Shown here piece after piece: positions 9,701-22,627 of a stretch of 32,504 bases of DNA. Within the stretch, counting starts at the first letter, position 1; each line of letters opens with the position of its first letter. The position numbers were made by a program, and so were the translations under genes. The notes under the pieces were generated by a model that saw nothing but the letters and a program-made list of their open reading frames with translations, was not told the DNA's origin and did not search any database. The DNA lies in assembly GCA_000934665.2 (NCBI GenBank), contig JYFJ02006846.1:1-32504 (forward strand), written 5' to 3'. This DNA comes from Catajapyx aquilonaris (taxonomy: Eukaryota).

Positions 9701-12700
9701 AAGTTGCAAGGATGAACCTCATTGCTTCGGATGTACTGTGCAGGACGTGTAGTGGCCAAGCAGGTTGCTCCACATTTGGCGTTACCTAGTCATGGACGCA
9801 TCAAACACAACCTGCCTTTGCGTCATGCGACGGTATCCATGACAGTTACATATTGATTAAAGATGTATTCTCATGAGGAGGAGTCCTATTAAGAAACTAA
9901 CGTGCTGAAATCCTGATGTTAATTCGTGTATTATGGTGCACACCTTTTCACCATGGAGGTCATGGCCGGCACAAAACAATAACTTTGGGTCACCATGGAC
10001 GTTTTTTTTTATTCCCAAACTGAAGGGCATAGCAAAGTAGCGCATTATTAACAATGCAGAATAAATAAATATATATTATAGGAAATATTTGTTTTGATAT
10101 TACAATCAGTCCCAACTGGTCAAGTTGCTGGAGGTGATGCGATTGCAGGATGCGACTCTTATAATGCGGTCATGTCATTAGATTTTAGTCCTCATTAGGA
10201 GACATGAAATATGATGTGGTGTTTGTAAGCAAAAAATGCCAAAAAAGAGTAAGTTGCTTTGTTCAGGTAACCATTTCTTATCTCACTGACATGTGAGAGT
10301 GTCACTGACCGTGTCACCAGTTGGTAGCCTCGCCTGTTTACTGGCGACATGCCATGCATGTTGGTAGTAGATTTTCCTATCCTTTCAACACCGGAGATTT
10401 CACCACGGCCTGTCACATAAACTTAGGGCTTGCAACAGGTATTTTGATTTCATGTGGAACTCAATGTATATTGAAGATGAGGTGTAGTTGAAAAGAGGTG
10501 CCAACACTGTGTCTTCAATAGTGTTAGAATGTCAGATATGTGCAAAAATTTTATGTATTAAACACATTTCAATTAGAACCATAATTTAAAAATCTTACGC
10601 GTACGACTGAAAGTTACGGTGAGCATGAAGCACTCTGCATGATTAGGATAAGAGCTGTACATCATTGTTCATGGAAGTCCCCTAGTGTAATCAGGATTGG
10701 TTACCAACCGTGGCCAGCACCGAACGACTCATAGCCTCCGCAGCATCTCCGGCATGTACTACCGATGCACGAAGGGTATGATAAGCGAGGCAAGTAGGAG
10801 GTACATAGAGTGTTGCAGATGTGACCCTGCATCTTTGGTCTCCAGGTTCGGCTTGGTGGTGGTGCTGGTTGTGGTAGTCTCAGGGTTGTCTTTGGTCATG
10901 CGAGGGGTTGTGGTATGGTGCGGAGGTTGCCTCCAGTGTGGCACAAGCCCACTTCCACCTTCGACCTCATCCACGTCGTCCCCCTCATCCGTATCCTCAT
11001 CGACATCTTCACCATCATAATCCGGATTAGGCTGCTGTTGCCCCCTCTTGTCCACCCCAATTCTGTCCAGAACATCCTGATTCTTCTCATTCAGAAGCGA
11101 GAAGGAGTCGGACGGCTCAGGAGGAGGGGTCTCCTGGACCGTGTCCTGCTTGCCCAGGAAGGACATCTCTCCCTTGGGCTCCTGGTCCGACTCCTCCACA
11201 GTGGGCACATCTCGGTTGCAAAAGTCACTGTTGCAGAAGCAGTACAGCACTCCGTTGAAGGCCTTGCAGTCCTCCAGCAAGCGAGAGGTGCACGACCGTG
11301 TGACATTGTTGCCTAATGAGGGAACATTTTTAAAACAACTATAAATTTATTTGATATAACGAATTATTAATTCTCATTGAGTTATTGGATGAAATGAATT
11401 ATTTTTTGCTGAAACCCAACATCGAGGTCGCAACTCGCAACCGTACAAAATTAATGTTGAATTTTTTGGGGCATAATTCATTACTGTTGAATTTTTTGAG
11501 CATAATTAAAATATTCTGATCTGTTAATTGTACCTGAATTTGATGGTCATTCAAAGCTGAAGGTAAATTCTGAGAAAACCCACCCGTACACAAAGAGACT
11601 CACTGAAACTCTTTCCACATTACATGTCATATCTCAGTCTGCACTCAATGTACCACATAGCAGGGAGAGGTAAATTAATGTGACACTTGGGCTTGGTTAT
11701 GATTACACCATCATAAAATTATGGCGATTTTTGACCCCCTCAGAAACTACATGAAGCCTAAAAAGGAATCGCGTTTCAGGCTATTTTATGACCACCCTGT
11801 AAAGGGGACTATTCATATTGCAGACTAATAACGAGCACGTGAGAACTTAATGAGTTAGTCTGTAGTACACTAACGATTCTGGTCAAATTATTGCCTTCTG
11901 AATTTGAAAGGACTTGTTAATTATTGTCACTTCAGACTGTCCCACTTTGTCACTGTCTCAAATTTAATTACACTCTTTTCAGTGCAAGTCGTGTCCTAAT
12001 TTCCTCACTGTTCAGAGACATGGGGAGGGGAAAAAAAAAACCCTGCATCTTTTTGTTGTGTCCAATTGGCTTTAGGGCCGGCATATTGATCAGTTAGGAG
12101 GGGGTTCCAAGCAGCCTGGTAATTTATGGCCCCCCGGTTTATGATACGGAATCGGTCCTGCCTGGCCCATTAATTATGAGTCGAATTTTGGGCAACGCCA
12201 CTTGGGTGCTGGGTAGGGTTTCTCTCCCTCGAACACAGAAGTGACCGTTTGGCTTGTATTATGCCCGGCCACCATTTAATGATGGTATACCACAAATGGG
12301 CCTTTTCGTGGGGGACTTTACCCCCTAATTTCTTTTTTCTTTTTGTCGGAGGGAGACATATCGCATGACTAGAAGCAGGTAAATAAAGATTCGCCAAATT
12401 GGGGCTGAGCGCCTTTATTATTGTGTGTTTCCTGGGACCTTCTTAGTTGGAGGGACATTGGCCCCTGCCGAAATTAAGGTTGGAAGGAGGAGGAGGAGGA
12501 AAAATTCGGCAGTGATTGATGCCATGCGAGCTTTTGTCGCGTTATCATGTCACCTGCTTCTGTTTTGGTGGGTGATGAGGCACGCACTATAACAAGAGTG
12601 ACACGCATCTAGGGGATCTATATAGGGAACCGGCTTTTCAAGCATGAATTCCTGAGGATCACTACTTAATAAATTACTTACCGTTGACTCGTGTGAGGCA

Positions 12701-15700
12701 GGCGAATTTGGGTCCGGGACATTGATACTGGAACGATTGGGAGGCGTCGAATTGGCTGCAAGGTCTAGGAGGACGGTCCGGGAACATGTCGGACACTTCA
12801 GTGTCCCTGGTGTCTCCTGAGTGGCACACGTAGCAAGTCCGGCCGTCAACTGAAAGTACACTGCAATATTATAGAGAAAACCTACACGAGCACAGAGAGA
12901 ACCTCAGTCCACAAGAATTTGACAATCTGTCAATTTTGGTGGCAACGACCTGTGCATTGCATGCAATATGGATGCATGACGCATACTTGATTGACTGCTT
13001 CTGTATGAGCCGACTTGTGTACAGTGCATGTTATAACATCTTGCAATGCAGTATAAGGACAGATTAAGGGCTCATTGGGCGACCTTCCATTTTTTTTAAG
13101 TATATTTTTTTTTGCTATGGTCGGCAGCTGCTACTTGGCTAACCAACCTTTACACCCATTCCGATCATGCACATACACAAAAATAAACTCGAAATAAGCC
13201 CTTGTATTGGCCTCACCGAATATCTATAAAGACCACGTAGGTAATTTTGAGAAGGAAAATATCCACTGAAATGAACCGTCGATTATCATTTTGGCTGTAA
13301 TGCAGGGAATAATGCAAGAACGTAATAACTGTCTGGTCATGGAACCTATTGCATGATAGAGGTATTTATGGTTGCGATTTTTCAAAACGTTACCGGTGAT
13401 AACCATCTAGGTGAAAGCGGTGCTTATTAAATTGCAGGGTTTGAAAGTAGACCCTGTTCTTGTGGGTGGATTGCAACTATAGTATTTTTGCTGGTCGATG
13501 GCAGCTCCATGATTACGTTGATAATATTTAAATTTCGTGGTTTTATTAAACATTTTGTAACTAAAAAGTGAATGTATTCAAAATTGGACCAATCTGAATT
13601 TTGGTGTCGCCAATTTTTTACATGTTGCAAAATGTGGCTCCCGCGAGTTCATTAGCCATGCTTATATGAACACACCTGCTTTACTCATCAGTTTGCACAG
13701 AGAAGTCACTCATTGCAGACGTTTATAGTGTAATATGTTGGCCCAATACCAGAGGCAAACTTCCTGCAGTTTCTTTTTTTTTCGACTATAGGAATCTGCT
13801 CAACTATTTGCAACCAAGCACCCAAAGGATGCGGAATTCAAGAGACGTTGCCTCAACTTTACACGCGCCGTTTAATTCATGTGACGTCACATTTAATTTA
13901 CTCCTGGAGAAAGTCCACAAATAACATTGTTATAGGTTTTGATCAAGCCTTGATTGTTAAATTAAAAGGAGGTGCAGCAAGCAGGTTAGGTCTTCCTGGG
14001 AGCGGGTCAGGTGTGATTGGGTGCTGGTTCTGCATAATGAAAGGGAAGCGGAAATGCACCTTTTTTTATGTACATATATAAAACCAACCTGCGTAACTCA
14101 GGCGCGACCAAACACGAACTGGAAGGGGAGGCCCCTTTCAAAGGGTGCGACTCTTGCCCAGTCTATTGACAGCCTCATTAACGTTAAAAACCCACGTGCT
14201 TATGAAAGGGGAAACTTCGGCCTCAATAAGTTTTTTGGACATTTAAAACACACACACAAAAAAAAAATAATCGGAGCACTAGGGCGTGATGCAGGGAAAC
14301 TCACTTCATTAGCTCCCAAAAAAATCACACCCTGTAAATTATAGTAGCTATTATCGGTTCAATTGTGATTTTAAAATAGGCACGAGAAAAACCCTCGCAT
14401 TTTTTCTAGGCATGCGGTCTGCGGTGGATTCCCCTGCCCACCAGAGGCGCTGCCTATACACCCACTGCGCATGCGCTAATAGGAACCGGTCGCTTGCGGC
14501 GAACCATTACAGATGACTGCCAAACACCATTATGAATAGGATTTTAATATTTATTTATTTTTTGGCAAAAATTTTAGCTATTGGTTGAACTTTTAATATT
14601 CAGGGGAAAAAAATAGCAGTAAGAGGAACGCAATTTTGTCGCGCGTGCTCTGAATGCAAAATTCATAGCTTTATTATAATTTTATGGGTTTGTTCGGAAA
14701 TAACTGTGTGTGTGGGGGGGGGGGAGCTGATCCCTCCTCCCCCAAAAAATAGGTTACCGTTCCGCGGGGTTGAATATNGGGGGGGGGGGGGAGCTGATCC
14801 CTCCTCCCCCAAAAAATAGGTTACCGTTCCGCGGGGTTGAATATTTTAACAAAAATCCAGCGGATATTGCCAAAAAAAAAAAAGAAAAAATCGGGTGTGC
14901 GTAACTGTGGTGCCTTTCATTTCACACTGGTTTTGTGCTGGACTGTCAGTGGGTGTTGCCCATTCCTCTTTTCACCCTGGCGATTGTCGGATCCGACAAG
15001 CGTGAATATCTTTGCCATCAGAGGTGTCTCCGACAATCAGACACGTATGTTGTTGGGGTGGGGTTGCGTCATGTTATTCAAGGACTCCTTTTTTTTCCCA
15101 CGGCCGCCTTATCTCAAGCTAATATAAGATGTCAACGGTTTTAAAAGCTCGCGTACTTTTTTTTTCTGTTGCTTCATGTCTGATTGGAGCAAAGCAGGTG
15201 GAGATATAGGGTGGGAGGGAATGGAAATTCCTCAAGGTTTTCTCACTTGCTGACCTGGCTGGACAGGTAACACCTTTTTAATTATGCAGGTGTTTCTGAG
15301 AAAAATGCGGATCTAGGCTTCGGAAAAATGGCGTCCATATTTTTAAAAAAATAATCGTAACAATGGTTCGCGTGCTTTTGCTCTGATTGTTGATGGCGTG
15401 TGGGGTGTACACCCCCCCGGAAATTTTAATCGACGGATGTACTTGAGAGCAAACATGCCCACTCATCATATAATCATAATTTTTTTTTCATACCATTTCA
15501 CACACGTTCAGCAGCCTTGACCCTGCCCAGTTTGAGATATGTCCACTTTGCAGCATTTGGCCGTTAGTGTCAAAACGTCCACAAGCTTAATTTTCATGAT
15601 CGTATGTATCCGGCAATGTACTGAGATGGAGTCTTACGTAATGGTTTTTGTCAGTTTGGCGTCGCCGTCAATTTTTTTTTTTAAAGGCAGAGAGAGAGAG

Positions 15701-18700
15701 AGAGAGTGGTGCGTCTCAAAATAGTTGCATATTTACAAATGGGCAGAGTGTATTGGAGTGAGCATCTGATAGCAACCTTTTAGAGCGTTTGAATTGGTGC
15801 CAGGTCGTAGCCTGCGGTGTGCATTAAAAAAAAAAAAAACCAAAAAATTATAACCTTTTAAAAAGATTCTAGGTTCGTACGGAATGTTCGTGTAGGTGAA
15901 GAATGTTGGTGGGTTTCAAGCATGGTCGCATCTTGCGGAGAAGACATGCCAGAAAAAGAGCGTCGTTATATTTTTATAATACTGTCCGAAGTTCAGAGTC
16001 TAACAAGATATGTGCATATATCTGCCATATACTATGAAGATAAGGGTCATAAGCCCTTCTTTTATTGGCCCCTCGATAACGTGTTACCGAATACGTAAAC
16101 ATGCTTGTGGATTATTTACTCGAAATTTCAGCTTCAGGAAATTTCGTAAGGCCAAAATAACCGTAAGGTGTGCTACCCTTTTTTTACTACATTTTTTGCG
16201 GATGTGTACCGCAATTTTTTGGGATATTTTTATCTAAAATAAAAGGTGTTCACCGGCCCGTAGTGTCTCACGTAACTAGTTAATTTGCATCCATGAAATA
16301 ATAAACCGCTGTGTGTATAGAAACGAGCTTTGCATATCATTATACAAGACAAGGGGGGGTTGCTCGAGTTAGCCTGATTTAGTGATGGCAATAAAAATGA
16401 TTCCCCTATGCACCGTTTTTCGCTTGTTGATAAGCAGGTTGGATCTTAAGAAGTAGCCACGCCCTGGTTGGAAGAAAAGAGACTTTTTTTCCAGTCAGTT
16501 TTCAGGATTTTCAAGTTGCCAGCTGCTTAGGATTCGCGTGAATGAATGGGTGTGCTAAGTTGGCTTGGCTGTAATCACTATTCTTTTCCAAGTCGTGATT
16601 CCCGTGATCACGTTATGGGCAACCCCAAAAAGGCTGGCCTTCGCTTTAGTGTAAATTAAGGGCCCGGCAATTTAATACGTTAGGATGCTTCAGGCACATC
16701 CTTCACCTATATGTGCTCTAATTGAAATGAGGTTATCAGTCTATTTTCTCCGCTGTACGATTCGGGTATCCTTGAAGGCTTTTGTTGTGGTCTCGTGCTG
16801 TAATAAAATGTGTGTGTGTAGTATAAAAGGCAAAGAGTCGACAAGCCCTTTTTTTTCTCTCTGCTGCTAAACACACTCACACACTGATGAAGACGTACCA
16901 TACGTTGCTCTCGTTGACTGACTGCAAATTGCTCGGAATTAAGCGGTGTAATTTCTGAGTGTCTCATTAAGGCGTCAGTTCGCGCAAATAAAAAATGGCG
17001 AACCTTTTTTCAAGGTTTTTCTTCGAGGGCAAAAAGGTACGCTCTGCAGGCGGTTACGTTACAAGTAAAATGTGAATATATACATTTTAGGCTCTTACAA
17101 CAATAATTTTAATTAGATCAACGCGTTTTTTTTTTGTTGCGTTGAGTTGGACTGTAAAAAAAAATTAAAGGCATGTGCAGCCTTACTAATTATTTCCTTG
17201 GCTGTTTAGAAAGTTTCGAGAAAAATGTTAATTGTTAGTTTACGCCGGGATAATGATATGTCTAGGTGTCCGTCTTGTATTTTAAATCACCGCCTTGAAG
17301 GAAGTGTACAAGGAAGTGGAAAACTGAAACGTGAAGTTATACAGTGTGTCTTTTTTGGAAGGGAGGTTTTACGACTGGTTTTTATGAAGCCAATCGTTTA
17401 AACATGTGCATTGTAAATCTCCGGAACTGATAATTTCGAGGAACATCTCCAACAATATGGTGTGGGTAAAACGGTGATGTATTACTTTTTATCCAGGTCA
17501 TGTTCCTTATACCAACTGATAGATCTTGATTATTTAGTGCGGTGTTAATTGGTGCTAATTTAATGGCGTCTGTAGAACTTGGGATAGATCATCTGTTGAA
17601 AAAGGCTGGAATAACCAGTTGTAACTTCTAAGAATGTGTTGCAGGATTGGTTTCGATTCATGTCGCAATTATCTGAAGTTCTTAAGTAATGTTAGATGAA
17701 AATGCGAAACTCAGTTTTCCGTACTTGGAATTCCGATATGATAAAATGTAGACTTTTTCGGACTTCAAATATTGGCACAGGAGGAATTATCAGCGTTTTA
17801 ATAATTTCCATTTCCCGCTAATATTGATATTAAAACTATACCGATATTTCCAATAAATACGAGCACCCTCAAATGTTTTTATGCGGATCCCGATAACAGA
17901 GTGCACTTGTTCATTTCGCCCTTTGGACACTGATAAAATAGTTACTGGCGCCAGTAAAAAAATAAACCTTCTCAGGGCCCGAGTAGAGAGGTTTTGAAGG
18001 CACATATTATTATTTTTGTGGAGGTTCGTATCCAGAGAAATAGGACGCAACCACCTGTGGCCGAGTCCTATAGAAGAGGGTCGATAGCATGGTCCAATTA
18101 GTATCCGACCACCCACCAAAAAAAAGGAAAGGGGCAGGTGGTGCAGACCTTGGCCATTTCCTGGGAGATCATTCACCGGAGACTATTTCTGGTGGCCCGA
18201 TCTGGTGTGTGTCCCATGCTATACAAGTACTAAAAATTGAGTGACTCACCATAGTGGTAGAGACGTGCGATGATGAGCCCCGTGAGCCAGGGCAGCAGCT
18301 GGAGGTTCATGCCTCGGTGCGTCTCCCAGAAGCATCGCCACTCGACTCAACCGCGATTAAAAGAGGCCGCCACTCCAAAGGCCTACCACCCTTTTTTTCT
18401 CTCTCTCTCTATGCCCTCCCCTTTTGCTGTGCACCCCTTTTGCAGCACGTCAGAACCGCCAATGCTTTTGGTTGGTCAGTTGCGTGTCCGGCCTCTACAG
18501 ACACACACACACGATGCAATATGTATATCTTCGGGCTCTTGACTCTCTTGCCCGATCAAAACATGATTNGGGGAAGCTATCGGAGTAATTGGTTAGCTAT
18601 GGTGGCCAGTGAAAAGACAAAGATGCGTACACTCTGAATAAATCATTAGATAGTGGATGTCATTAACCTGTTCTTTATTAGCACAAATGGGTCATTCCAA

Positions 18701-21215
18701 GGTAATAACAGACGGGACAAAAAAATTGATTTTGTATTTTCAAATATAAATTCTGTAGGTATCAAATTGTGTTTTTTTAACGTTATGTAAGGGCAACATA
18801 GTGGTGGTGTTAAGATTTATGTAACTTCAGTAAGTCTGGTAACGGACAGTACATAAAAAGGACATGGTAATAACAAAACTCGGTTCTCTTGAACATTTCA
18901 TAAATAAATTGTTTAGTATCTTGTTATGTTTTGTATTAATTTTGTTGTAAATGTTGGTCGGTCCAATAAATTCCTAATAAGTATGTTGTAGAAGACTATC
19001 ATATCAACATGGTTCATTGCATAAGTTGTTGCATGTGATTAGTACAGTGATAATAATTAATCTAAGTAACAGACAAAGCATCAGTTACTGACCCGGCATT
19101 TTTGTCCTTGGGTAAAAAGACATAACGAGGATAGAATCAAAGGATCTAGTTTAGGAATGTCACTTTTTAGAACCCTCCCCAAATAAAAAAGTGTGCAGTT
19201 ATTCTTTTGCGGAAAGCTAATTAGTAGCCGTCAAGCCTTCTAGGCCAGTTAGTTGGTAGTAGCACTGCAAAAAAAAAAAGTTGTTTGGTTCAACTCGTTC
19301 GATGCTCATTATTTTACTTGCACATGTAATCAGTTAATTTGTCGTCGTTTTGCATGGGCACAAATCGTGCTTGACACTTTGGTACAGCTTTGGTAGGTGC
19401 ATAATGAGGAATAATAAAGAAGCTTCGATGCAATCAATCACACAATAGGATGATTGATTTCTGACTAGTTATTTTTGGTTTTTTCCTCGTAAAGGACATG
19501 GTAAATTCCCCCTGGAATTTTTTTTCCTTTTCGAGTACGACCTGCGTTATTTTTGCAGACTGCGACTGTAGTGAGACCTTCGCATCTTCGGATTGAATGG
19601 ATGAGTATGAATCCAACAAAGGAAAAGCGAATGCAGATATGTGCAGTGAGGGCGTGTTCCAAGCTAACAATGCATGTCCGTGTATCTTTCCTGCTGCGAG
19701 TACACGTTGGTTTTGTGCTCAAGGACTTCACTCGCCTTATTTCTGTCCCTATTCATCCAATGTCAAACTCAGCAGGCCAGTAGATTTGTTTAAAAAATAA
19801 AGTGACAGGTGATTCCTAGGGATTGTTCTTATGTGACATCTGACATGTACAGGTTGAGAACTGTGCGGGTGTCTGACTTGTGAATTTTTGACTTGTGATG
19901 TAGCTTATGTTACATTCTGTATCAGCTATTCTGTATGTTTTGTCGCACACTTTCACTTATAGCTGTGCATTTTTTTTTTTTTTACATTACAGAGGCACGG
20001 TCGCACGGTGTGGGCTACTTTGCCTTCTCGCGGGATGAGGAGATACGAAAGGAGCAGATGGTCACTCTTCAGGAGCAGAGGGAGAAGACAGCGGAGCAAC
20101 GGGAGAGGAATGAGCGACTGAAGTCAAAGAGGAAGGAGCAGCTTGATGCCAGGCTCAAGAAGGTGCGGGAGAGGAAGAGGCTGAAGATGGGGTTGCCACT
20201 GGAAGGTACGTTAGTTACGTCATGGAAGGGTAAGCCAAAGTAACCCAGGTTTGTATTTTGTTAGAGTAAAGAAGAAAATTGATTTTGATAGTTATCATTC
20301 AAGTGACGAAATGCATTTTCACATTCAAGTTTTACCCAAATTCGATGGCACGTATCGCGAATAATTTTTCATGTGTGAAAGTTGCTGTCATTATTTTATG
20401 ATTATTCAGTTTGGCTAAACATTAAGTAACCCACTGCCGTATATTTACAAGATTTGATCTTTCAGATTCACACGATTCTGATCCTGAGGAACCTGCGGAC
20501 GACATGGATGTGGCAGATATTGCCCTGCCAAGTGTTGCTCCACTAACCACTACCTTAGCTCCAAGTGTGCCAGCACCAGCAGTTTCCACCGCAGTGGCAC
20601 CGGAAACCAATGAAAAGGAGCAAACGTTGGATGCGAATGGAGATCCTGTTCGGTCATGGGATTTTGGGAAACCAGGAGTCTTTGCACCAAGAAAGAGTAA
20701 GAGCTGTTCTTATAGACATCGGATTGTTGGTCGTAAGAGTCACGAGTCCAGTGAATCAAATTTGTTGTGCACATAATTGGGAAGTACTTGGTTTCATAGT
20801 GGTTTTTGTTGGTTTATGTCTGATCATGATCATTTCCATTCCAGTCCTGGACCAGAGCGAGTGGGTGGCAAGGAAACGTGCAGAACGCAACACAGACTTT
20901 GCGCCTCCTTCTGCGTACTCCTCTACCTCCTCATGGAGTCGGCAGAAAGGCCAGAAGTCATCACGCCAGTGGAACAGGGACTCAACTGGTGGCTCTAGCA
21001 GCAGATACAAGGAAGATGACGGGCAACCTTCCCAAGCGAGGAGAGGGACGCAAGTCCCTCCTCCTGCCACTTACGACTACTATGGTCCTACGAGAGGCAA
21101 GGCACCTAGAGGCAGAGGGAACTTTCGTCACAAGCAGGAAATGGAGGATGCCATTAGCTCTGGGCTTGCATATCTCAGGCAGCAGCAGGAGAAGGAATCC
21201 GCAGGGAGCAAGTAG
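6720..21215 (+). CDS. CCDC174: Coiled-coil domain-containing protein 174 homologue (~508 aa)
   Basis: Exons 6720-6755, 6876-7090, 7215-7430, 8308-8552, 19993-20205, 20466-20696 and 20845-21215 total 1527 nt with consistent phases. Family motifs: [85 protein letters not shown] at 21257-21262. Confidence 0.92.
7472..7695. mobile_element. MITE-like element with 28-bp terminal inverted repeats in CCDC174 intron 3
   Basis: GGATTCCAAAGTCCCCTAAGTCCATTTT (7472-7499) matches the reverse complement of 7668-7695 at 27/28 positions. Non-coding interior; no clear TSD. Confidence 0.7.
8873..9722 (-). CDS. Ly6/uPAR three-finger (quiver-like) GPI-type protein, paralogue A (~151 aa), nested in CCDC174 intron 4
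   Basis: Exons 9722-9671, 9367-9158 and 9066-8873 (phase 1/1). Signal peptide MRFILATLVITTFLLGTGHS, 10 Cys from LNCYVC to VCMCDNDLCN, hydrophobic C-terminal tail. Confidence 0.85.
10759..18310 (-). CDS. Ly6/uPAR three-finger protein with acidic/Thr-rich stalk, paralogue B (~260 aa), nested in CCDC174 intron 4
   Basis: Exons 18310-18250 (MNLQLLPWLTGLIIARLYHY|gtgagt; assignment less certain), 12849-12682 (RTCYVC...PCSQF...QCP...ACL) and 11312-10759 (RSC...DC...YCFCNSDFCN, stalk, hydrophobic tail). All phase 1. Confidence 0.8.
14714..14844. repeat. Direct duplication (~64 bp) around a single N; probable assembly artefact
   Basis: poly-G + AGCTGATCCCTCCTCCCCCAAAAAATAGGTTACCGTTCCGCGGGGTTGAATAT occurs on both sides of N14778. 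Confidence 0.8.
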
Positions 21216-21509
21216 TTAGAGGTGGGCTGTGTTCGTGGTTTAAATGGAAAATGTGAAATAAAATATATTTAATCGTTTTTTTTTTCATGTTTTAACTTCT
21301 GCTAATGAATCCACCTCGTACTGTACATCATAATCTTAGTGCTTAGTAACAAATGGCACTGTGTACGCTTCTCGTTCAATGCAGTGGTGCAATACGACAC
21401 ACATTATTTCCATTTAAAAAGACAACATACTAGTTAATTAATGGACAGGCTCGAAATAAGGGACGAACCAGCATTCAAAATTAGAATTTAACTTCAATGT
21501 TAATTTGTT

Positions 21510-22158
21510 TTACAATGTGTAAATTGCAACCACCAGCATCACCAGTGTTGTAAGAAATGTGGGTTTCACTTTACAGTGCTTCGACTCCTTCGAGGCCTTT
21601 ATGCTTCGAGGCAAATTGCAGAGGTCTTGCGTGCAGTAGCAGCTGAGGACTTGGCCCAAAGAACCTAGCGTGTAGGTGGAGCATGAAGCTGCGTAGCTTG
21701 AGTTATCCTTACTTATTTTCTCTAGGGAATTGCAGTAGAGTGCTGACCATTCTTTGCCATCTGTCCGGAGAAAAAATGGTATGTAATTTTTATTTGCTAC
21801 ATCAAAAAACGTAAACTTACTGGTTGTTCCATACATGGCGACACACACTGGATGCCTGTAGATGCACTCGTATGTTTTCGGAAGGGCGCCATCAGAGTAG
21901 GTGAACGTGCAATTTTGAAGGAAGGAGTCCATTATTTTACCACTTTTTTCTGGTTCGCCACTTTTTCCTGGACTCAGGAATGGCTCTCGAAGCACCTCAT
22001 TTGGCACGCAGACATAACACCGTAGGGAAAGACCTAGAAAAGTGGTCAGATTTGCACTGCATCATTTTAGCGTAACTTTCCGCAGGGGTTGAACCCAATT
22101 TGAACTCACTTGTTTGTAACAGTAATAGGAACACTAGTGTAGCTGCGGATGCGAACAT
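21510..22158 (-). CDS. Ly6/uPAR three-finger protein, paralogue C (~170 aa)
   Basis: Exons 22158-22110 (MFASAATLVFLLLLQT), 22033-21821 (LRCYVC...) and 21760-21510 (...SCYCTQDLCN plus hydrophobic tail). Confidence 0.85.
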
Positions 22159-22627
22159 GGTGCAGAAGCCCATACAGGAGAACTTTGCATCTCTCAGTCT
22201 GAATGTCAACAAATTGATAGTCATGTTTCCATGAAAATTTCTGGCGGTTGCTCAGTAACTGCGGACAGGTGTTTTTTCCTATTTCGGCAGTGCCACGGAT
22301 GTAATGAAATTGTTTGCATTTTATTATTATCGCTAGTGTTATGTGCATGGCCGCAGTGCTATGTAAATGGAAGATGCATGACCTCAGATATACTTACTGG
22401 GTTTTATTTTGCTGCCATGCAAATGTTAACCTAACAACAACACTGGCATAAATGTGCACATGCGAGTTGAACAATAAGATGAGTTCCAGTGTGCGATGAA
22501 AACAATACAACCAACGAAGCATGCCACATGCGATCTGTGGTGGTTATTTAGAGCTGCAGGTGTGACACGATTAACCACTGCGAATGTGCAGCCTTTCTAT
22601 GAGCAGCAAACAGAAATAATTTTCGTG

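Noticed and set aside
14714..14844. Tandem duplication as a biological repeat
   Set aside because: Identical copies abut an N next to a poly-G run, typical of a contig-overlap artefact.
15978..15987. TAATACTGTC matching the 5' end of miR-8
   Set aside because: The match stops after 10 nt and no precursor hairpin is evident.
17338..17620. TACAGTGTGTC start suggestive of a decayed Tc1/mariner element; similar CACCCTGTA end near 11793-11801
   Set aside because: No matching partner TIR or recognisable transposase frame was found.
19530..19770. Cys-containing fragments (KRMQICAVRAC...CCEYTLVLC) reminiscent of a piggyBac C-terminal Cys-rich domain or an extra Ly6 exon
   Set aside because: Needs several frameshifts and shows no TIRs, catalytic region or CxC...CN pattern. 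A translated search against transposon libraries would be needed.
21761..21820. Single long ORF 21510-22007 read as one exon; likewise 22892-22948 in the GT31 gene
   Set aside because: These are stop-free introns of 3n length with consensus splice sites. The first matches the intron position shared by all Ly6 paralogues. There is no evidence for retention.
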